The position numbers and the translations under genes were made by a program. Below are positions 58,993 to 64,000 of a DNA stretch of 64,000 nt, in pieces. The notes beneath the pieces were generated by a model. The model was not told the origin of the DNA, did no database searches, and saw only the letters and a program-made list of their open reading frames with translations. Positions within the stretch are counted from its first letter, which is position 1. Each line of letters begins with the position of its first letter. The stretch comes from Ranitomeya imitator (taxonomy: Eukaryota): the NCBI RefSeq assembly GCF_032444005.1, contig NC_091285.1, forward strand, positions 54,932,001 to 54,996,000, in the 5' to 3' direction.

Positions 58993-61900
58993 ATGAAGAG
59001 GGCAGGGAGTAAGGCACGTGGGCGTGGGCGCGGAGCAGGGAGAGGACGTGGTGATTCTGTGCCTGCTGCGGGCGCCGGTGACTCGTCGTCACTCAGTTTC
59101 AGCAGGGAACAGTCCTTCATGCGCAGCTTTGTCGGAGAGCGCCGTGCACCGCTGCTGCGTGAAGACCAAATTGAAGCCGTTGTCGGGTGGATGGCAGCTA
59201 ACGCCTCGGCATCGACTTCAGTTAGTGCCACATCCTCTCAGGCACAGAGCACTGGAGAGCAGCCATCTGTCTCTTCACCACCTGCCAAATTGGCCAGGCA
59301 GTCAGAGAGCCCAGGACAGGAGCCGTCTCTACTTCTGTTCTCTGAATCTCTTGGCTTGGAAACAGGGGGCCAGCCAAGCAGCATTGGAGAAATGGAAGAA
59401 GAGGCAGTGTGCAGTGATGCCCAACACCTTTTTCTCTCTGACTCTGAAGAGGCAGGTGGGCCAGTGCCTCCGGTGACCACAGCGCAGTACGCATCTGATG
59501 ATGAAACTCAGGTGCCGCTTTCTCGTGCGTACTGTGCTGCTGAGACTACCCAGGAGGAGCAGTTGGTGGCAGAGGGTAGTGGAGATGATGAGGTCCTTGA
59601 CCCATCGTGGCGTGAGGAACAGGAAGGTGGTGGGAGCAGCTCAGAGGAAGAGCTTCCTCTTACGGGCCAAAGAGGGAGAGGGAGGGGGAAGACTGCGGAG
59701 CCTGTAGCCTCCACTTTGGCACCCGTTAGGAGCCTGTCTCTTTCCAAAGCCAAAAAGGGCGCTCCCAAGACTTGCAGTGCCTGGTCCTTTTTTGACACAG
59801 TTGCAGATGACATTTGTTTTGTCAAATGCAAGCTGTGTCATCAGAAAGTAAAAAGAGGGAAAAATGTCAGCAACCTCAATACCACAAATATGTGGAAACA
59901 TGTGCGGACCAGGCACGCGGTGGAGTTACAGAAACACACTGAAGATGTAGGCCAACCAACAGCGGCAGCTACCACCTCTTCAGCTCGTGTTGCCTCTTCC
60001 TCCAGCTCACGCACAGCTGGTTTGGCTTCCTCCCAGAGACCTTGTGTAATTCCACCCACAGCACCACCTTCCCAGTCATCCTCACACTCCCAGTCTACTC
60101 TACAGCCATCGGTAGTACAGGCATGGGAGAAAAGGCGGGCATTCTCGGCCAACCACCCCCGAGCACAGGCTCTGAATGCAGGCATTGCCAAACTGTTGTC
60201 CCTGGAAATGCTCTCGTTCAGGCTGGTGGAGACTGACAGCTTCCGTGACTTGATGGCATTGGCAGTCCCACAGTACAAGGTGCCCAGCCGCTTTTACTTC
60301 AGCAGGCAGGCTGTCCCTGCCCTGCACAGGCATGTTGAGGCAAACATAAAACATGCGCTACTGAACGCCGTCAGTAGCAAGGTCCACCTCACCACCGATG
60401 CGTGGACCAGTCAGCATGGACAGGGGCGATATGTTTCCCTCACTGCCCATTGGGTTAATGTTGTTGAGCCAGGTACAGATCGTGCGAGTGGCGCAGGACG
60501 TGTCCTGCCCACTCCAAGGATTGCAGGAATCCAGTCTGTACGCATCGACTCCTCCTCTTACACCAGTTCCTCTGATTCCTCTCTGCAGGATCCGTCACAG
60601 TCCACCCCCACATGGACCCGTGAACGTTTACCTATGACCGACATGAGCACAGCCGTGGCCAAACGTCAGCAGGCCGTCTTGAAACTAGTTTCATTGGGGC
60701 ATCGAAGCCACACAGCGCAGGAGCTCTGGAATGCCATCAAGCAGGAGAGCGATGTGTGGTTACTGCCAGCGAATCTCCAGCCAGGCATGGTAGTGTGTGA
60801 CAATGGCCGAAATCTGGTGGCAGCTTTGGCCCTTGGCAACCTCACTCACATCCCATGTCTGGCACATGTGCTCAATTTGGTTGTGCAGAGTTTTCTGAGG
60901 GACTATCCGGATCTTGATGCCCTGCTGCACAAGGTCCGCCTAGAGTGTGCTCACTTGCGGCGTTCCAGCTTGGCCAGATCCCGCATTGCTGCTCTGCAGC
61001 GCAGATTCCGCCTTCCGGAACACCGCATCATATGTGACCTACCTACCCGGTGGAATTCCACGTTACATATGTTGGAGCGGTTGTGTGAGCAGCAGCAAGC
61101 AGTTATGGAGTACCAGCTGCATCAGGCGCAAAGAAGTCGCAGTCAGCGCCGATCAGACTTCACAACCACAGAGTGGGCCACTCTGAAGGACGTCTGCCAG
61201 GTTTTGCGTCCTTTTGATTATTCCACGCGGATGGCAAGTGCAGATGATGCACTAGTCATCATGACTGTCCCCCTTATCTGCCTGCTTCAGCAAACTTTGC
61301 AAGGGTTAAGGGATGATGTGGTGGAAGAGGTGGAGGATGAGGAGTCACCTTTTCCATCAGCTTCTGGAGAGTCAGCGCCACGTGGTTCCTCACAAAGGGG
61401 TACACAGGGGCCAATTTGTGAGGAGGATGAGGAGGAGTCAATGGACGAGGAAGAGCTCCGTCCAGAGGAGGGAGCGACACAATTGTCCAGTGGTCAGTGT
61501 GTACAGCGAGGGTTGGGTGATGACGAGCGGGCAGAGATCATGTCTCAAGCAGGGGACAGCGTTTCTGGGCCGGTTGGCACTCTGCAGCACATGGTGGATT
61601 TTATGCTGCAGTGCCTGAGAAACGACCGCCGCATCGACCACATTCTCAACATGCCTGATTATTGGGTGTTCACCCTCCTCGATCCTCGCTACCGGGACAA
61701 CGTCCAAAACCTCATCCCTGCGTTGACCCGGGAGCGTAAATTGCGAGAGTACCACGACACACTGGTGAATTCCATCATCTTCTCCTGTCCAACTGAGAGG
61801 AGTGCTGCTAGTGCTTTACAAAGCAGCTCAGTGCGTCGAGGCAGTGGGGGAGGCTCTGCCCAAAGAGGGAGCAGAAGCAGTGCCTCTGCCCAAGGCAAGC

Positions 61901-62289
61901 CGAGTATGGCACAACTCTGGCACACTTTTGTGTGCCCGCCCCAAATGTCTACACCATCACCGGCGGCTCCAGTCAGCAGGAGGCAACGGTTCCGTCAGAT
62001 GGTGACAGACTACATGGCTTGCCCTCTTACTGTACTCCCCGACGGCTCTTCCCCGTTCAAGTTTTGGGTCTCTAAGCTGGATACATGGCCAGAGCTAAGC
62101 CAGTATGCATTGGAGGTGCTGGCTTGCCCTGCGGCTAGTGTCTTATCGGAACGTGTCTTTAGTGCCGCAGGTGGTGTACTAACAGACCGTCGCATGCGAC
62201 TATCCTCCGATAACGTTGACCGGCTTACTTTCCTGAAAATGAACCAGGCCTGGATCTCGCAGGAATTTGCCACTCCTCTGCCTGATTAA
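58993..62289 (+). CDS. hAT-superfamily transposase, 1098 aa, intronless (ZBED-like)
   Basis: BED finger (AWSFF..C..C..H..H); TTDAWTS; VCDNGRN; CLAHVLNL; TRWNST; WPELSQYALEVLACPAASVLSERVFS. Intact. Confidence 0.95.
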   Translation: MKRAGSKARGRGRGAGRGRGDSVPAAGAGDSSSLSFSREQSFMRSFVGERRAPLLREDQIEAVVGWMAANASASTSVSATSSQAQSTGEQPSVSSPPAKLARQSESPGQEPSLLLFSESLGLETGGQPSSIGEMEEEAVCSDAQHLFLSDSEEAGGPVPPVTTAQYASDDETQVPLSRAYCAAETTQEEQLVAEGSGDDEVLDPSWREEQEGGGSSSEEELPLTGQRGRGRGKTAEPVASTLAPVRSLSLSKAKKGAPKTCSAWSFFDTVADDICFVKCKLCHQKVKRGKNVSNLNTTNMWKHVRTRHAVELQKHTEDVGQPTAAATTSSARVASSSSSRTAGLASSQRPCVIPPTAPPSQSSSHSQSTLQPSVVQAWEKRRAFSANHPRAQALNAGIAKLLSLEMLSFRLVETDSFRDLMALAVPQYKVPSRFYFSRQAVPALHRHVEANIKHALLNAVSSKVHLTTDAWTSQHGQGRYVSLTAHWVNVVEPGTDRASGAGRVLPTPRIAGIQSVRIDSSSYTSSSDSSLQDPSQSTPTWTRERLPMTDMSTAVAKRQQAVLKLVSLGHRSHTAQELWNAIKQESDVWLLPANLQPGMVVCDNGRNLVAALALGNLTHIPCLAHVLNLVVQSFLRDYPDLDALLHKVRLECAHLRRSSLARSRIAALQRRFRLPEHRIICDLPTRWNSTLHMLERLCEQQQAVMEYQLHQAQRSRSQRRSDFTTTEWATLKDVCQVLRPFDYSTRMASADDALVIMTVPLICLLQQTLQGLRDDVVEEVEDEESPFPSASGESAPRGSSQRGTQGPICEEDEEESMDEEELRPEEGATQLSSGQCVQRGLGDDERAEIMSQAGDSVSGPVGTLQHMVDFMLQCLRNDRRIDHILNMPDYWVFTLLDPRYRDNVQNLIPALTRERKLREYHDTLVNSIIFSCPTERSAASALQSSSVRRGSGGGSAQRGSRSSASAQGKPSMAQLWHTFVCPPQMSTPSPAAPVSRRQRFRQMVTDYMACPLTVLPDGSSPFKFWVSKLDTWPELSQYALEVLACPAASVLSERVFSAAGGVLTDRRMRLSSDNVDRLTFLKMNQAWISQEFATPLPD

Positions 62290-62400
62290 TTAATTGGGTG
62301 TCATCCAGGTCTTCTGCTGTGTTCATCTTTCTACCACCTGAACTGCTATTCCTGGGCTCCAACACCGCCAGTTGCGGCTCAGAAGTGCAGGCTGCACAGT

Positions 62401-63362
62401 CGTTTGTTACTGAAAGAGCCATCTTGTGCAGCAGTAATGCTGCACAAGGAAAAGGTAGCTATTTTTTTTTGGCTCCTTGCACACGCAGAACTTAACACTT
62501 ATAAAATGTGTTCACTGATACCGTTATACCGTCCCGGAGCTGGGACTTTCCTTCGTAATGTGACGCAGCACAGCCGTCATTCCTACCCCCTTGGTGCCAT
62601 GCGCTGCCTCCTCAGCGTTGTTTTAAGCTGTCACGGAGCCTGCGCTGTTCTGTTATCCCTTGGCCATGCCCTATTTGCGCTGCCTGTCTTCTGACATAAT
62701 TTGGTGTCAGGCTGGCTGCGCCTGTGCGGCCGCGCTGCCATAGATCCCGCCTCGCAGTGTCTTCTGATTGAGTCACACTGCGGGCCTGGGATCCATGGGC
62801 ATGCGCAGTGCATATCTTCCCCTCGGGCTCTCGCTCATTTCCCTCCGCCTTCTTTAGACTGTGCGCCATCAGCTGATCCCTAATAGCATGCCACGGCCGT
62901 GACAACGCACAGTCTGAAGAAGAGGGAAGGAGGGGAGTGAGAGTCGAGGATATGCACTGTGCATGCCCATGGATCCAAGGCCCGCAGTGGGATTACGTTA
63001 GACGAGACTGCGAGGTGGGATCTGGAGCAGCGTGGACGCAAAGGCACTGACAGCCTGACACCAAATTATGTCAGAAGACAGGCAGCGCTAATTGGGCATG
63101 GCCAAGGGCTAACAGAACAGCGCAGGCTCCGTGACAGCTTAAAACAACGCTGAGGAGGCAGCACACGGCACCAAGGGGATAGGAATGACAGCTGTGCTGT
63201 GTCCCATTACGAAGGAAATTTGCACCTCCGTGACGGTTTAACGGTATAAGGGGACACATTTTTAGTGTTTACTTCTGTGTTTGCAAGGAGCATAATTAAA
63301 AGAGCAACCTTTTCATTTTGCATCCTTAGCGCTGCACAAGATGGCTCTTTCAGCTACAAACG
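62401..63362. repeat. Long imperfect inverted repeat (~465-bp arms, ~40-nt loop at 62866-62905)
   Basis: cgtttgttactgaaagagccatcttgtgcagc pairs with gctgcacaagatggctctttcagctacaaacg; pairing continues inward to agactgtgcg / cgcacagtct. Confidence 0.92.
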
Positions 63363-63435
63363 TCTTGGGGGGGGGGGTTAAGGGTTCCCTTTCAACTTGC
63401 TCCAATCAGGCTTCGGCCTACACTCTGTTCCTCTG

Positions 63436-64000
63436 CTCCTCCTGCTGTCCCTGGGCTCTAACACCGCCAGTTGGTGCCTGGAAGTGCTGTGTGCACAGTC
63501 AACAGTCGCTCCTCTGTTATTGGGGTTCAGTAACGTCAGCTGATCCCCAGCTGTGTGTGCGGTAATACCTCCAATCTGCTCCTCCTGCTGTCCCTGGGCT
63601 CTAACACCGCCAGTTGGTGCCTGGAAGTGCTGTGTGCACAGTCAACAGTCGCTCCTCTGTTATTGGGGTTCAGTAACGTCAGCTGATCCCCAGCTGTGTG
63701 TGCGGTAATACCTCCAATCTGCTCCTCCTGCTGTCCCTGGGCTCTAACACCGCCAGTTGGTGCCTGGAAGTGCTGTGTGCACAGTCAACAGTCGCTCCTC
63801 TGTTATTGGGGTTCAGTAACGTCAGCTGATCCCCAGCTGTGTGTGCGGTAATACCTCCAATCTGCTCCTCCTGCTGTCCCTGGGCTCTAACACCGCCAGT
63901 TGGTGCCTGGAAGTGCTGTGTGCACAGTCAACAGTCGCTCCTCTGTTATTGGGGTTCAGTAACGTCAGCTGATCCCCAGCTGTGTGTGCGGTAATACCTC
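63436..64000. repeat. Tandem array of 143-bp units (at least 4 copies, continues off the window), 3' of the element 2 transposase
   Basis: ctcctcctgctgtccctgggctctaacaccgcc at 63436, 63579, 63722 and 63865; units are essentially identical. Confidence 0.97.

Larger units (their letters stand above)
57020..64000 (+). mobile_element. Large putatively autonomous hAT transposon (element 2); 3' end beyond the right edge of the window
   Basis: Starts TAGTGTTGAGC at 57020, followed by many ccgatac/gtatcgg subterminal repeats; interrupts an LTR; contains an intact transposase ORF. Expected TSD is gtgataac (57012-57019). Confidence 0.88.

Overview
Vertebrate genomic DNA; the repeat landscape suggests a frog (inference). 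The backbone is part of a clustered protocadherin locus, gamma-like. Six intact large variable first exons lie on the minus strand; I label them A-F from left to right. Each encodes a signal peptide, six cadherin repeats, a TM helix and a variable cytoplasmic segment, ends at a phase-0 CAG|GT donor, and has a CTCF/CSE-like motif about 170-230 bp upstream. No constant exons are in the window. The exons are mosaics that look shaped by gene conversion. Both ends of the window are occupied by very large hAT DNA transposons (>11.3 kb and >7 kb, each running off the window). Each has an intact 1.1-1.2 kaa BED-finger/DDE transposase ORF, a similarly built internal promoter, and tandem-repeat arrays on both sides of the ORF. 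The right-hand one also has a ~960-nt hairpin just after the stop codon. The intergenic space holds hAT non-autonomous elements with clean 8-bp TSDs, a decayed Tc1, nested solo LTRs, CR1/L1/L2 fragments, a SINE and minisatellites. All coordinates and identities were read by eye; nothing was aligned or searched computationally.
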